A stretch of 64,000 bases of DNA, taken from Tubiluchus corallicola. Taxonomy: Eukaryota; Animalia; Priapulida. The stretch covers positions 1 to 64,000 of the forward strand of contig JAQGDQ010000071.1 in the NCBI GenBank assembly GCA_030141605.1, in the 5' to 3' direction. This document shows positions 37,920 through 52,198 of the stretch, piece after piece; the stretch's first letter is position 1, and each line of letters begins with the position of its first letter. The notes under the pieces are model-generated. The model searched no databases. It saw only the letters and a program-made list of their open reading frames with translations, and was not told where the DNA came from. The translations under genes were made by a program, and so were the position numbers.

Positions 37920-38830
37920 GTTAGTCTTAGTAAGTGGTGTTGTCCTAGTGCTCACGGGTGTCTGGGACCCACTGAAACTAATTTGTTAGTCTTAGTAAGT
38001 GGTGTTGTCCTAGTGCTCACGGGTGTCTGGGACCCACTGAAACTAATTTGTTAGTCTTAGTAAGTGGTGTTGTCCTAGTGCTCACGGGTGTTTGGGACCC
38101 ACTGAAACTAATTTGTTAGTCTTAGTAAGTGGTGTTGTCCTAGTGCTCACGGGTGTCTGGGACCCACTGGAACTAATTTGTTAGTCTTAGTAAGTGGTGT
38201 TGTCCTAGTGCTCACGGGTGTTTGAGACCCACTGAAACTAATTTGTTAGTCTTAGTAAGTGGTGTTGTCCTAGTGCTCACGGGTGTCTGGGACCCACTGG
38301 AACTAATTTGTTAGTCTTAGTAAGTGGTGTAGTCCTAGTGCTCACGTGTGTTTGGGACCCACTGAAACTAATTTGTTAGTCTTAGTAAGTGTTGTTGTCC
38401 TAGTGCTCACGGGTGTTTGGGACCCACTGAAACTAATTTGTTAGTCTTAGTAAGTGGTGTTGTCCTAGTGCTCACGGGTGTTTGGGACCCACTGAAACTA
38501 ATTTGTTAGTCTTAGTAAGTGGTGTTGTCCTAGTGCTCACGGGTGTTTGGGACCCACTGAAACTAATTTGTTAGTCTTAGTAAGTGGTGTTGTCCTAGTG
38601 CTCACGGGTGTTTGGGACCCACTGAAACTAATTTGTTAGTCTTAGTAAGTTTTGTTGTCCTAGTGCTCACGGGTGTTTGGGACCCACTGAAACTAATTTG
38701 TTAGTCTTAGTAAGTGGTGTTGTCCTAGTGCTCACGGGTGTTTGGGACCCACTGAAACTAATTTGTTAGTCTTAGTAAGTGGTGTTGTCCTAGTGCTCAC
38801 GGGTGTTTGGGACCCACTGAAACTAATTTG
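37920..38830. repeat. 65-bp minisatellite, 14 copies
   Basis: gttagtcttagtaagtggtgttgtcctagtgctcacgggtgtttgggacccactgaaactaattt. Confidence 0.97.
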
Positions 38831-38911
38831 TCATGCTGTGTGCCAGCGTATAATCTTCTTTCAATTGTACACCCGGTATTTCATTATATGTTATATATTC
38901 AAAACCAAGAC

Positions 38912-39376
38912 GGGAGTATGGTGCCCCTGTACAATAAGCATAGGGCTAGGAGTATGGATGCCCTGTACAATAAGCATTGGGCCCAGAGTGTGTATCCCCT
39001 GCACAATAAGCATAGGGCCCAGAGTATTGAGCCCCTGTACAATAAGCATACGGCCTGGAGTATGGATGCCCTGTACAATAAGCATTGGGCCCATAGTATG
39101 GATCCCCTGCACAATAAACATACGGCTCGGAGTATGGATGCCCTGTACAATAAGCATACGGCCTGGAGTATGGAGCCCCTGTACAATAAGCATACGGCCT
39201 GGAGTATGGATCCCCTGCACAATAAGCATACGGCTCGGAGTATGGATGCCCTGTACAATAAGCATTGGGCCCGGAGTGTGGAGCTCCTGTACAATAAGCA
39301 TAGGGCCCGGAGTGTGGAGCCCCTGCACAATAAGCAAAGGGCCCGGAGTGTGGAGATTCTGTACAATAAGCAAAGG
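38912..39376. repeat. 36-bp minisatellite, about 13 copies
   Basis: ggagtatggatgccctgtacaataagcattgggccc. Confidence 0.95.
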
Positions 39377-40082
39377 GTGCCACATTAGACACAATCTTAT
39401 TTCTCCAACTAATTACCCCACAATGGGTAATAACTGGTAAAATAAACTGCAATGGTTCATAAAAATTCTGGTAATCAGTCATAATTAATTAATTATAGCA
39501 TTAGTTTCCACTTAATTTGGGAAAGTATTGATACTATTAAATTTTCACTCGTCGACACTTATACTCCCATTCATATCTTTAGTTTCAGTATTTTTATGTT
39601 TCATCTCAACGTATACATCAGACTGTGAAATTGTCCTGGTTTAAAAACAGAAGAAAAGATTGTCATAAGAACTTACAAGCCAGTGCGTGTGGATGCTATT
39701 AAATGTTTCTCACTTGAAACAATGCTATCATGCTATCAAGCTTTCATATTATTCTTATTCATGTGATGCTTTGTATCTACCTACATCTGGGCTGGTTTCG
39801 AAGTAGTACGAAGCCGCTAAACAAGAATCCTGCACAGGGTTTCTTTGCGGACTCCGTGTGTGCTTGTGCTATGTGTGAGGTAAATGATGTAGATTGGCTT
39901 AGCCAGGTTGTGGTTCTTCTGACAGGTAAAGATGAAAAGTCTCCGAGTTTCTCGTCTCACACAGTCTTTAATTAACGTCGTTAAATCACATAGACAAAAT
40001 GTTACGATATTTATTTTTACGAACAAGATATCCAGCAGTTCATGTTGAGAACTTCTGTACCATTGCATAATGTTTGTTTTAG

Positions 40083-40280
40083 GAGTAGCTTGTCCCGCGA
40101 TAGAGGTGCCACCCCACGGGACAATGCGGGACATTCGCGGTCGAATAATTGAATATCCTCTATTTCTCTACCCTGACAAAATGTTCTTTTCGTGTGATAA
40201 AAAAGTGGCAGTGCTAGAGGGATCTTCTGAGACAGAATGTCAAGCAAATAGAACTTGGTCTCATCCTGTTCCAGAATGTG
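40083..40280 (+). CDS. Exon 24: sushi/CCP domain 6
   Basis: ACPAIEVPPHG..FSCDK..ECQANRTWSHPVPEC; donor G|GTATGT. Confidence 0.92.
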
Positions 40281-41321
40281 GTATGTAAAAAATGATGCTT
40301 CTTCGCTGGTTGAATGACATATAGAATTTAAAATGGTTGTGTATTCTAATTATGTTGATGTTATAGAATTTTTACTTTCAGAAACGAATATAAAGCATTT
40401 CATTCAGTTTTACTTTCACCTCTGAAATATCCTAGATAAGAATTACAAGTATGCACATTTAGAATTTTGTTTATGAACTATTACCATGATTTTAACAAAC
40501 TAAGCAGTAACTTTTGTCAAAATGCTGACCAGCCTGACCATCGTTCCTTATGGTCAGCGTTTAGAACAGTTTCTTTTATGTCATTTATGTTTAAACTGCA
40601 GAACTCAACAGGAAATTTTTCGTTTTCTTCTTTAAAAGTGTGCGGTCTGATTTACGTTCCAATTCAATTTCTATTTCAATTCAACTTGTATTTATTTATC
40701 TCTTACGAGTTAGTAATACATTAACATAACACAGTATAGTTCAGTAAAGGGTTATAGAGACGGGTGATGAACAAACTAGATGGTCTTCTAGTCTAGCCAC
40801 CTCAAGTACTAGCAAGTGGTATGTACAAATTTACGTTTTTATATTTTTATCCATCCTCACATGAACATCTAGCTCATTTTTTTTTTCATAAACTCCGGTT
40901 TGGGTAGGTATTTCAATGCTGTTCTTTTGTGTGTTTATTGTTTACTCCAGTGTCCAAACCCAGCTATCCATCGTATAAATGTGCAACAGTTTGACAGCAT
41001 GTTAGCTGAATGGATATGAAGAATGGGTGATGCAGTGATCCATTAATACTGGTACTAGTGGATTGTTGTGGATTGATTCATACATTTTGTGTGATTATGT
41101 GTGATTACGTGTATGTTAATACCAGTGGTGGGATTAATGCATTACAAATCTAACTTGTTCCAAAACGTAGTTCCAAAATTGTGGAACCGTAACTATAACG
41201 AGTTACAACTTTTTGGAAGTAACTAGTAACTATAACTAGTTCCTTTCTTTTGTAACTTGTAATTGAAATAACAGTTACTTTTACCGTTTGTTTTGTCTAG
41301 AATTAAAAATTTATTGGTACT

Positions 41322-42426
41322 GCTCTGTCCATTGTACTGTTCATTCAGTATTGTACCGTTGATTCATACCCATGCCCATCCCAAACCAGACCAGATAACT
41401 TGATGTAACACTTATTTCTGGAATTGTAACTGTAACTAGTTATTTAAAATGCATTGCAAGTATTGTGACATTAGACAAGCACATTTCAAATGGTGGAAAT
41501 ATTCACTCTGTCCATTGCATTGTTCATTCAGTATTGTACCGTTGATTCATACCCATCCCAGACCAGACCAGACCAGATAACTTCATGTAACCCTTATTTC
41601 TGGAATTGTAACTGTAACTAGTTATTTAAAATGCATTGCAAGTATTGTGTTATTAGACAAACACATTTCAAATGGTGGAAATATTCACTCTATCCGTTGT
41701 ACTGTTCATTCAGTATTGTACCGTTGATTCATACCCATGCCATCCCAGACCAGACCAGACCGGATAACTTCATGTAACCCTTATTTCTGGAATTGTAACT
41801 GTAACTAGTTATTTAAAATGCATTGCAAGTATTGTGACATTAGCAAGCACATTTCAAATGGTGGAAATATTCACTCTGTCCATTGCATTGTTCATTCAGT
41901 ATTGTACCGTTGATTCATACCCATCCCAGACCAGACCAGACCAGATAACTTCATGTAACCCTTATTTCTGGAATTGTAACTGTAACTAGTTATTTAAAAT
42001 GCATTGCAAGTATTGTGTTATTAGACAAACACATTTCAAATGGTGGAAATATTCACTCTATCCGTTGTACTGTTCATTCAGTATTGTACCGTTGATTCAT
42101 ACCCATGCCATCCCAGACCAGACCAGACCGGATAACTTCATGTAACCCTTATTTCTGGAATTGTAACTGTAACTAGTTATTTAAAATGCATTGCAAGTAT
42201 TGTGACATTAGACAAGCACATTTCAAATGGTGGAAATATTCACTCTGTCCATTGCATTGTTCATTCAGTATTGTACCGTTGATTCATACCCATGCCCAGA
42301 CCAGACCAGACCAGATAACTTCATGTAACACTTATTTCTGGAATTGTAACTGTAACTAGTTATTTAAAATGCATTGCAAATATTGTGATATTAGACAAAC
42401 ACATTTCAAATGGTGGAAATATTCAC
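41322..42426. repeat. About 181-187-bp tandem repeat, 6 copies
   Basis: Recurring cacatttcaaatggtggaaatattcac. Confidence 0.95.
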
Positions 42427-42806
42427 AGCGCAGGAAAGCTAGTGCCATTGTTGTAATTGAAAAAACAATGATGTAAAATTAATAATTTTTGATGATAATG
42501 TTCCCATGTGCAAACAAGGTTACTGTACAAAGCTTCCACAACCTCACAACAATAGAATGTTCCATCGTAGTTTAGAAACTAGAACTTGTGTTTTACGTGT
42601 GTTTGTTTTTTACATAATATTAAATTACCTTGTTTTTGATTAGGTCATCGTGAGAAGAAAATCTGCATACCGATTCGAAGTTGCACGCACAGAACAACTG
42701 TAGAAGATTTCAATGGTCTTTAATTGACACTGTACAATTGCTTTTCTTGTGATTTAGTAAAAACTCTGTGTAAGATCTAGAAAATTTTGTACTAATCAAG
42801 TTTCAG

Positions 42807-42877
42807 TTGTCAGGGGTGACATACCAGTAGAGGATCTAGTGATTAATGCAGGAGAGACACGTGCAACTGAGGATGAT
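42807..42877 (+). CDS. Candidate penultimate exon (VVRGDIPVEDLVINAGETRATEDD)
   Basis: ACTAAT branch-like site, tttcag acceptor, GTAAGA donor; phase-compatible with exon 24; no recognisable domain. Confidence 0.45.
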
Positions 42878-45800
42878 GTAAGATGAATATTTTGAATATT
42901 TGAGTATTTAAGTATTTATTTATCCATTTAGCATTACAATGCATAGTTCACAGTATTGTTACGGCATTTTTTCAATAATTTAAAAAAATATTGCAGCGTT
43001 TCTGCAGAAATATAGCTTATAAGCTAACATGTGTTGGGATTATAGTGTGTTTCAGCAGAAAACACTGCAGGAGTCATTGGTCAAATGTTTTAATATAATT
43101 AAGTACTAAATGAGCAACACAAAATATTACAATTATCTACTGTTACAATTATGTTTATTCGTATATATTCAGATTTAAAGTTGATGCGTCACTTTTTCTC
43201 TTGTTTCTAAAATGGATATTTATGGTAGAAGCAATTATTTGTTTATTGCTTATTTGATGCATTTGTATTAAGGTCTATGCGTACATTTAATATGTGATAT
43301 ATGTGTATGTATATACAACAGTTTGTATTCTCAAACACGTCTGCATACGTAATTGACCCAAAACAATGACCATATTGACCCAAAAGCGATTGCTATCATT
43401 CAAATATGGATCATGCAGTAGTACACGGACCGGAAGGCACCACTGAATAGGTAATTTAGCCAGTTTCCGGTGGCAAATTTTCCGTGACACAAATTGACTG
43501 GTACTCCTTTCAGATTCTGAAGTTGCTGTTATTAAATATTATCATAGTCTGTATGGTGATTATTACGATAGTATTTAACTTCGAAAACTCAATGATATAG
43601 GTCTGTTCGGCAGGAAATTTGTAGTAGTTGTTCCCTTAACAGCAATTATTGCTAGATTATGGTGACGCTCAGTGTACACCATAGATTTAAATAATGCACG
43701 GAGAGAGACTGCTAGTCTCTTGCAAAAAGTGAGGCAAACAAATGAATTTGTTAAGTAAAACAACGAGCACCATGTTTTACAATGCAGAACTGCATACGAT
43801 TTTTAGGCAAAAACAGCCAGTGTGCGTGACACACGCTTTGAACTTTTTCAGTAAGCTTTTTCACAGTTCCATCGATTGATGATGATCGTGAAAAGGTCAA
43901 AGGCTAAGTGTATGCGACAGTGCATTTGTGTACACTTGACAATGCCTCGTAGCCCGTCCGTAATAGTAACAGTTTTAACAGCTAGCTAGAACCTTACCTA
44001 GTTCATTTTTTCTTGTGCCCAGGCAAGGTTCTGCTAGTAAACCACTCTACATACAGTCTGATGCATAATTAAGTAAAATCTACGTAAAGCAACTGAAGTT
44101 ACAGAACTGACCTGGCAGACGGCTATGCTTTACGCACATGTCACGTGACGGTGTAGTTTAAAGACGCGTTGCTGTGGTACACTTAACCTTTGACCTACAG
44201 CAACTGCGCGGGCACACAACAAAACTGTGAAAAGGCTTATTTGGGTTTGCACTGTATTTCATCATCTGATTTGTTTCCGGGGAACCCGTGTCTCTGTCAT
44301 GCCATCAAAGCAATGGTTACCATTGACAACAACATGATTCCTGTTAAAAGGAAAACCGGCCGATTGAGTCGACTCAGCTGCATTTTAATTTACTCTCCAA
44401 AATATACATTTTCTTGCCTATAAAAGTTAACAGTTATTTCTAATATTTGAATAATTTCCTTGGAAAGTTAATTTATCGCAAAAAACACAGCTATCGCTTA
44501 TGTCACAAACTAACCACAGTTTGTGCAATGGTACACATCTTCCCTGCACGTTAAGCATGTTAACATAAGATGCTATGAGACACTGTTGTGATGTCACGAA
44601 AATGAGTTCTACATCACACTGACGTCACAGACGAACAGTGCAGTTCATGATCATGCTTATCACAGTACCACGCCTATTTGTCGGCCATGTCAAAGTGACT
44701 AAAAAGCGCCATTGCCAGCCTTAGTGGATTCACTGAGTTGCGCATAGCTTTGAAAGTTTAACAAAATTTAACTATCCGGGGTAATTATTATTTAGTCTAA
44801 GCTTTGATTTAAAAAAAAAACTGTTATAGTTTTAAATATTTAAGAACATAATTATTTTGATCTAATGTCTACACAACCGTCCAGTTTTCGTTTAATGCTT
44901 ATGTTTCGATACAGTCTTGCATTGCCTGAAGGTGCAGTGTCGATGATACAAAGTTGTTTCGAGACATAGAATTGACATAAGACATGTTTCAGTCATCAGT
45001 AACTGTTATTTTGATGGCATATCTCATCAGTATAGTCATCATACGTCCATTACGTCCCTTGCAGACATTGTGCAGGTAGAATTCTACCGTCAAAACAGTT
45101 AAACACAACAAGCACCACTTCCACATCTAACGTATATTATTCATTGTACAGTATCATCGCATTTATATATCAGCTTACACTTTGTTACTAATTTTGTGAA
45201 TACACGTTTTACATTTGTGTGTTTGCAAACCAAAACCGCCCTTACAACGGTACAATTACAACTACGTCATGATGCTTCAAAGTAAAATGTACCAAAAATT
45301 TGGTCTAATGTCGATTTCTTGTTTTTTATGAAAGCAAAGTCTAAACATTTTGGATTTTTATATTCTAGCATGAAATTATCAAGAAAATGCTCAAAAAATG
45401 CTAAAAATCTAATTTTATAACTCATACCCACTTTTCTGTATAGAAATTAGTACTGCAATTGTAAAAAAACTTGTATTTTCTAACTCCGATTGTAGCTCGT
45501 AGAAGCAGCCATTTTTCTTCGGTTTTTTTCTTTTGACAAGACCAAATTTTCGTCAGGAAGAGCCATCTACTGGATTTAAAAGTAATTTCAATTTGCTGTT
45601 GGAAAGTCCATAGGGTTGCTAAATGTTTTGCAGAAACGCGACAAAAACAATGGCTAACTTTAACAATGATTTCTCAAGGTTATGTTTTTCAGTGCGTAGC
45701 CTGCACCTCAACTTCAAAGCAGCTTAGAAATAACATAGAACGATGAACTTGGTATCAAAATGATCCTCACGAAATCGAGATTCAGGATATGTGAATAACT

Positions 45801-45901
45801 AGAAAAACTTAATGCCGACTTATGGACGATTTTTTTTTGCCATGCGAGCACAAATTTGTGCTAGAGGAGACAGTTAATCATAATATGTTTGCTTGTTTCA
45901 G

Positions 45902-45949
45902 ACTCCAAAAGGGATCTACTTTATTCTGTCCCGGCAGTTGAATGCGTGA
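45902..45949 (+). CDS. Candidate terminal coding exon (TPKGIYFILSRQLNA*)
   Basis: ttgtttcag acceptor, phase 0 matches the 42877 donor; AATAAA signals downstream near 46398 and 46814. Confidence 0.35.
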   Translation, partial: TPKGIYFILSRQLNA

Positions 45950-48714
45950 AGCAGCAAAAACAGATTTAATCACCGTTAAAATCTGAAGACAAAACTTTCT
46001 TAGAAATATCACATTTATAATGCCCACGATATCAAGATTTTGATACCATTTTAATAATTGAGCATGCTTGCGCTATGTATTATTTAGCTATGTACACAAC
46101 TCAATTTAGTGTATTCTTTCTTAATCAATCTGATAATAATTTTCAATTTCAGTGGGTTCTCACCTATGCTGGGTTTTCTGAGGGAGCATTGGTGTCATAC
46201 GCTAATGAGGGCACTGCCAATGCCATTATTTTGTATATGATAACTAATGAGGAGCTGGAGATTACAGTAAATGACAGGTGACACGATCTACCTTCACAAA
46301 AACACCTCATAATGTAAAATTTAATGAATTTAATGTGTGTGTTCTTTGCTTATGGTTCGTGACGCATCTAAACAAATTCAAGTCAATTTAGACATGCAAT
46401 AAAGTGAACAGTGTGGATGATATAGCCAAATTCCGTTTTGCCCTGAAAGAATTGTCCAAAATGTCCTATAAGAATAGTTTTGTCCGCTTTTGCGTTTACT
46501 ATGGTGTTCTTTATCCAAACAATAATAACAACAAAGCAAAAAACTGTGTTGATAAATTTTGAATTACCACAATTCAGTTTCTGTGTTTAGTGGGCCGTAA
46601 CAGTTTTCAGGAATTTTGATATTTTAGTATTGTTATTGCTATATCAGTTTTGCTATAATGCACATCAACTTTTATTATCTTGAAGAGTCACCACTCATGA
46701 TTAAAAAAATATAATAAATTTAATTTTTTTGCACTTAATGATATAATGCATATCGATGCGTCACCTACAGGCAGTTGAACAAACTAATTCCAAAATAACT
46801 AATATCAACAGACAATAAAAACTTTATTTAAAAAGTAGATTAAAGCTAAAATGTAATTTGTGTTAAGATTGTCCCCCTTTTTATATCGACTATCTTGTTT
46901 TTTGCGTGATTTACTATAAGATGCCTGTTACGGCTTTAGTTGAGTGCATTTAAAGCTCTGTACAGCACAGAAACAGCACAAATGCAAAAGCTGGAAAAAT
47001 GGTACATATATATATTAATTTGATCCAATTGATTTCTTTTATAAAACTAGAATGCGCTCAGTAAGAAGCAGATCTTTTGATTAAAAAAAATTAACGCTGT
47101 GATAAACAAGCAAACATACAAAATGTGCCTGTATCAGTATTACATAGTCTGGCAAAAACTGACAAAATATTTGTTCATTAAATAGATTTATAATCAGTAA
47201 TGCACGAATGTTACACATAGTGTTTGTCTACCCTTTAACCATTAGTTTTGGCGATGGTAATAGATTGACAAATATATACATATTTACGTACTTATAAGGT
47301 TATACACATTAACAAGTAAAGGTCATAGACAACGTTACACAGTTTAGCAAGCAAGAATTTCTCGAAATGGAACCTGGAATTAACTTGTAGTTGTTTGTCC
47401 AGGTGGAGATAACAGAAAGAAATACTAAACACTCCCTCTGAGACTTTTGAACGTGGTGTTTGGTCAAGTTTTGCGTAGAAAGAACCGGCGAAAAGATTCC
47501 CATTTTGGCAGCCAATACCCGCCTTTCTCCACAAAGTTTCCTGGAAATCTGTTAGGTATTTCTTTCGTAATAGGCTTACTGGCTGCCATAACAGACAAGA
47601 AACAACCAAACAAACAAGCAAACACACACACAAACAAACGATCAAACAAATTGTGCTGAATGATAATTTCTTTAGCAATGTAAAAATAACTAAAATAATT
47701 ATCCACCACTATAACTCTAACCCTTAACATATTTTACTAATTGTGCCGTTTTTCCTGTACCATTTTTACCGTACCATCTTTTGCTGCGCTATTTTTTTCC
47801 TGTGCCATTTTTACCTGTGTCATTTTGCCTATTTTTCGATTTGTGCCATTATCTCAGTGCCATTTTTGCTGCGCCATTTTACTGCACCATTTTTCCTGTG
47901 CCATTTTTACCAAACAATTTTTTCTGTCCTATTTTTTCTGTGCCATTTTTAACAAACAATTTTTCCTGTGCCATTTTTACCTACGTTCGTTGACTGCTAC
48001 TTCTGCTGCAGCTGGCCATCGACTAAAGCTCGATTATACAGCAGACATCGCAAGTCTAGTCAGCCAAGATTACCCAACTGACTTAAGGAGTAAGGCAAAA
48101 CGATAGACTTCATCCTTTTTTGCTTATTGTGCTGCACAGCAAATTCACCATTCCAAGACGGGGGTCTGTGGACAAACTAATTCTGAGACACAAGCAAAAA
48201 CTTAAATAGGTTATCAAAATAATCATACAGATGATTAAACCGCCTCAGAATTCAAATTAACATACTACTGAGAAACCTTTATCTTTCAATATAGGACGCT
48301 GTTCCCGAACAAAAGAAGTTTTACAAAATAACACTTTGGCCACTTGTTGTTTTTCTCAGCTACGTTTTAACGCCAAACGCGTTGCGCCGCAAACATTTAT
48401 TCTATGCGAAAATAAACATCTAATAAACAAACGTCTGATTCAAAATTTAAACACTTCGCGTAAACAAATACACGTTTGCGCTTCACATTTTAAACATTCA
48501 CACACTCACTAAAGACTTTACAAATAAAATACGCGTTAGACTAAAATCATGTAAAGGTCAAACTTTCACGTCATGTGACTCACTTGGTTTGTTTGGCTTC
48601 TTTTATATTTTGTTGTTCAAATGAAGCCACGCCCATTATTTTGCGCTATACAAATTTGTTCTTTGCGCAAAACGTGAGACGCTTCTATTATGACTTTTTG
48701 CGATATTGTCGTTT

Positions 48715-49085
48715 GCGCTACGTGAATTTATATTTACATTGTGAATTACTCTGTAATGCGGTGTTTCTCAGACATCCGGAATTCGTTTTGCGTTATTGCG
48801 CTATGTGAATTGCGAATTATTCTGTAATGCGGTGTTTGTCACACATCCGGAATTCGTTTTGCGTTATTGCGCTATGCGAATTGCGAATTATTCTGTAATG
48901 CGGTGTTTGTCACACATCCGGAATTCGTTTTGCGTTATTGCGCTATGTGAATTGCGAATTATTCTGTAATGCGGTGTTTGTCACACATCCGGAATTCGTT
49001 TTGCGTTATTGCGCTATGCGAATTGCGAATTATTCTGTAATGCGGTGTTTATTACACATCTCGAATTCATTATTCGTTGTTGCGC
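48715..49085. repeat. 71-bp tandem repeat, 5 copies
   Basis: ctgtaatgcggtgttt at 48751, 48822, 48893, 48964, 49035. Confidence 0.93.
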
Positions 49086-52000
49086 ATCCAACAGCCACTA
49101 TAAAAAGCCACTAGGAAAGAAATGCAGAAAAACAACGCAGTATAACGCAAGTCTGATAGACGGGTGCACTGAAAACAATGTAAAGTGATTTTTACGCAAT
49201 GACGCATTCCGGATGTCTGGTAAACGCCGCTTTACTTATTTGAGAATAACTTTGTAAATCGTTCAGTTTGCCTCGCTGTTCCCATTTATGTAAAACAAAA
49301 CTTTGCAATTTTCTCAATGCGTGCTAAATCATCGCAAATTTCCATTCATGGCGAACATAAACATGAACCAGTCACTCGGCAACAGTAAACAAAGACTGCA
49401 TAACGTTCGCGCATTATTGATGATCAATGAACGGATTTATAAGCGTCCGTTGTTTCACACAATTTCTACATGCTTCATAGTCAAGATTAATTGAGTAATA
49501 ACGTTAATAACAGTAAAGTATATATTATTTATTCGGTGTCGAACTGCGTCACTATATTCGTTAACGTCACGGCACTTTTTAATTCATTATGTTTACTCAA
49601 GATTAATAAATTGTAATTACTTGCTAATGGCAGAAACTTACCCTAATTACATTGTACAATATAAATATCTGTTCAGGAATGACACTCATCTCTCTCCAAA
49701 AATCTGTCTAATTTGTCGAATCTGTTAAAAAACGCTCATTGAAAGCCCATTTAAATTCATTTCTTCTTGTACCTTGTAACAGTGTAATAATGCTTGTTGT
49801 TACATGTTCTACCTTGCTTATTCTTTTAATTTTTTTTATATTTTGTATTTTTTTGGTTGTAATGATGAAAAATAAAATTATTATTATTATTGTTGTTGTT
49901 GTCGTTGTTGATGTTGTTGTTGTTATTATTATTATTATTATTATTATTTTTACTATTATCATTATAAATATAATTTTTGTGTATAAAACGAACAATATTT
50001 ATTTTTTATATCACCGAGATTGATAGCCTATCAAATCAACCTCTAATATTGCATTAGATAACATATTGAAATTTCAACAGTAAAGCAGTAAGAAGAGATG
50101 ATCAAAATGGGGCTATACAGGCCTTTTTCCCGGAGTCTTGCGGTGGCAAACTCCCACACGACCACCGCTGCATCTGATGCATCCTCTCTTCCTCTCTTAC
50201 AAATATCTCTTTTTGAAGAGAAATGTGCTAAATAGAACGTTTTAAATTTAGGACAAAGAAAATTATTTGCAATCATACTAAAAACCAGGAAATTTCTGTA
50301 CAACGTTAAAACAAAAATTCACTAGAAAGTATTTAGAATATTAACGTAACAAAATTACAAGAGTTTTTGCCCACAGTAAAACTGTTCTTATCAAAGAAAG
50401 GTAAAACTGGTGTTTGTAGACTGTGCAAAAAAAGAATTTATATTCATTGTGGCGAAGTGGGTACCAACGCTTTTTATAGATAAAATATATCTTTATCTAT
50501 ATTTATATATATTGACTTTATATATATCTTTATCTATATTATATACCGGGTATATTAACTTTATATAAGCAGCTTTCAAGTAACTTAATATTTTGTACAG
50601 TTACGAGGGGTGCACCATCAACATATGCAAGCAATGAACTTCCATGTGTTAAATTCCTAATTTCCATTCTACAACATTCTTTGTATAATGAAAAGTACTC
50701 CGCTACATAAGTCCTCCGCCCATATGAACACATCAAGTTTTGATAAAAATAAGGCTATTATATTATCATAATTTGTAACTTACTGCATGAAATAACTATT
50801 GTGGATAATACGATTAGATATTAACAAAACAGTTAATCAGACATTCAGAATATCAATTATACTTCTAAGTGTTGGCAATAATATTTGAACTGCGTAATCA
50901 AAACCCGCCGCAATATGGCGCTAGATTGCAAGTTATTCTTACTATGTTATTAACGGTACGTGTAGCGGTATACTGCTCGTAATGTGCTGGCTGATGTGTT
51001 GAAAGCGGACAATACAACAATGCCTGCCGATTCGTTAATAGAGGGCTGCACCGTCCAATAAGAAAATCAAAACGTATTATCCACAATGAAAAACAACGAG
51101 AATATTAAATTTAATTATCAATTCTAATGCAATTACCTCATAATCATAAATGAAACAAAGCAGCATATAATAGTAATAACCATTAGGCTATTAGTGTGAA
51201 GTTAAAATACAAAAGTTCCTTTTTTATTACAGGCACTTAAAACATTTATAGTTAAAATAACAAATTTTATTAAAACTTTTATCATACATAATTAAAATCT
51301 TGTCAAATGTTTCGACAGGCCACTGCTGTATCATCTTAACGATGGCAGCTGCAGTCTGTCGAAACGTTTGGCATGATTTCACTATGTACATTTAGCCTTA
51401 GTAACTTATAATTTAAGTCTTTATCAAATTCAAACTCTTCAATGAATAAAAGCGAAAATCAATCATGAAATGCTACATTCTGCTAAGCGTTATGCATAGT
51501 TTATTCTGAGATATGAAGCAGTTTAAATAAGCTTTAGATTCTCGCTTTGTCTTTGTTTTCCTAGATTAATCCGGACGTTGGCATCGTCATCCTGCCTTCA
51601 GTCCTTCATAAATAGCTTTCCCACCTTTCTGTATTTTCTGCCTTCATAATTACAAACGTCAAAAGGACATTAATTTAAAAGAAAATGTAGAACAACGCAA
51701 CATTCGCGAAACACACCTTATTGAAGCAAGGCTTATTATATTTCTTGGAATTTGTTTGGTTAGGCTAATACTCTTAGTACACATCTAATATGTAACCAAA
51801 ATTTCTTCACACGGCTCATCAACAGTAGATTCATCAATAAATTTCCACGGAGATGTGGCATCCAAAAATTATTACTTCCAACATTTACGATCAGTAACCA
51901 AAAATGGTGGAAAGAGGACACTGAGCATATAATATACATAATATGCATAGCGTTCACGGACACATTGAAACAGTCAATACGCATCTCGCATTGCGTGCAC

Positions 52001-52198
52001 ATTAAAACTGTCAGTACGCATCACGCATTGCACGCACATTAAAACAGTCAGTACGCATCACACAGTGTGCGCACATTTAAACCACCAATACGCATCACGC
52101 ACTGCTTGCACATTGAAATAATCAATACGCGTCACGCATTGCGAGCTCACTGAAACAATCAATAGGAATCACGCATTATATGATCACATGGAGCCCTT

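Noticed and set aside
38742-39482. Long repetitive ORFs in five frames
   Set aside because: Produced by a 36-bp stop-poor minisatellite; no splice context linking them to the gene
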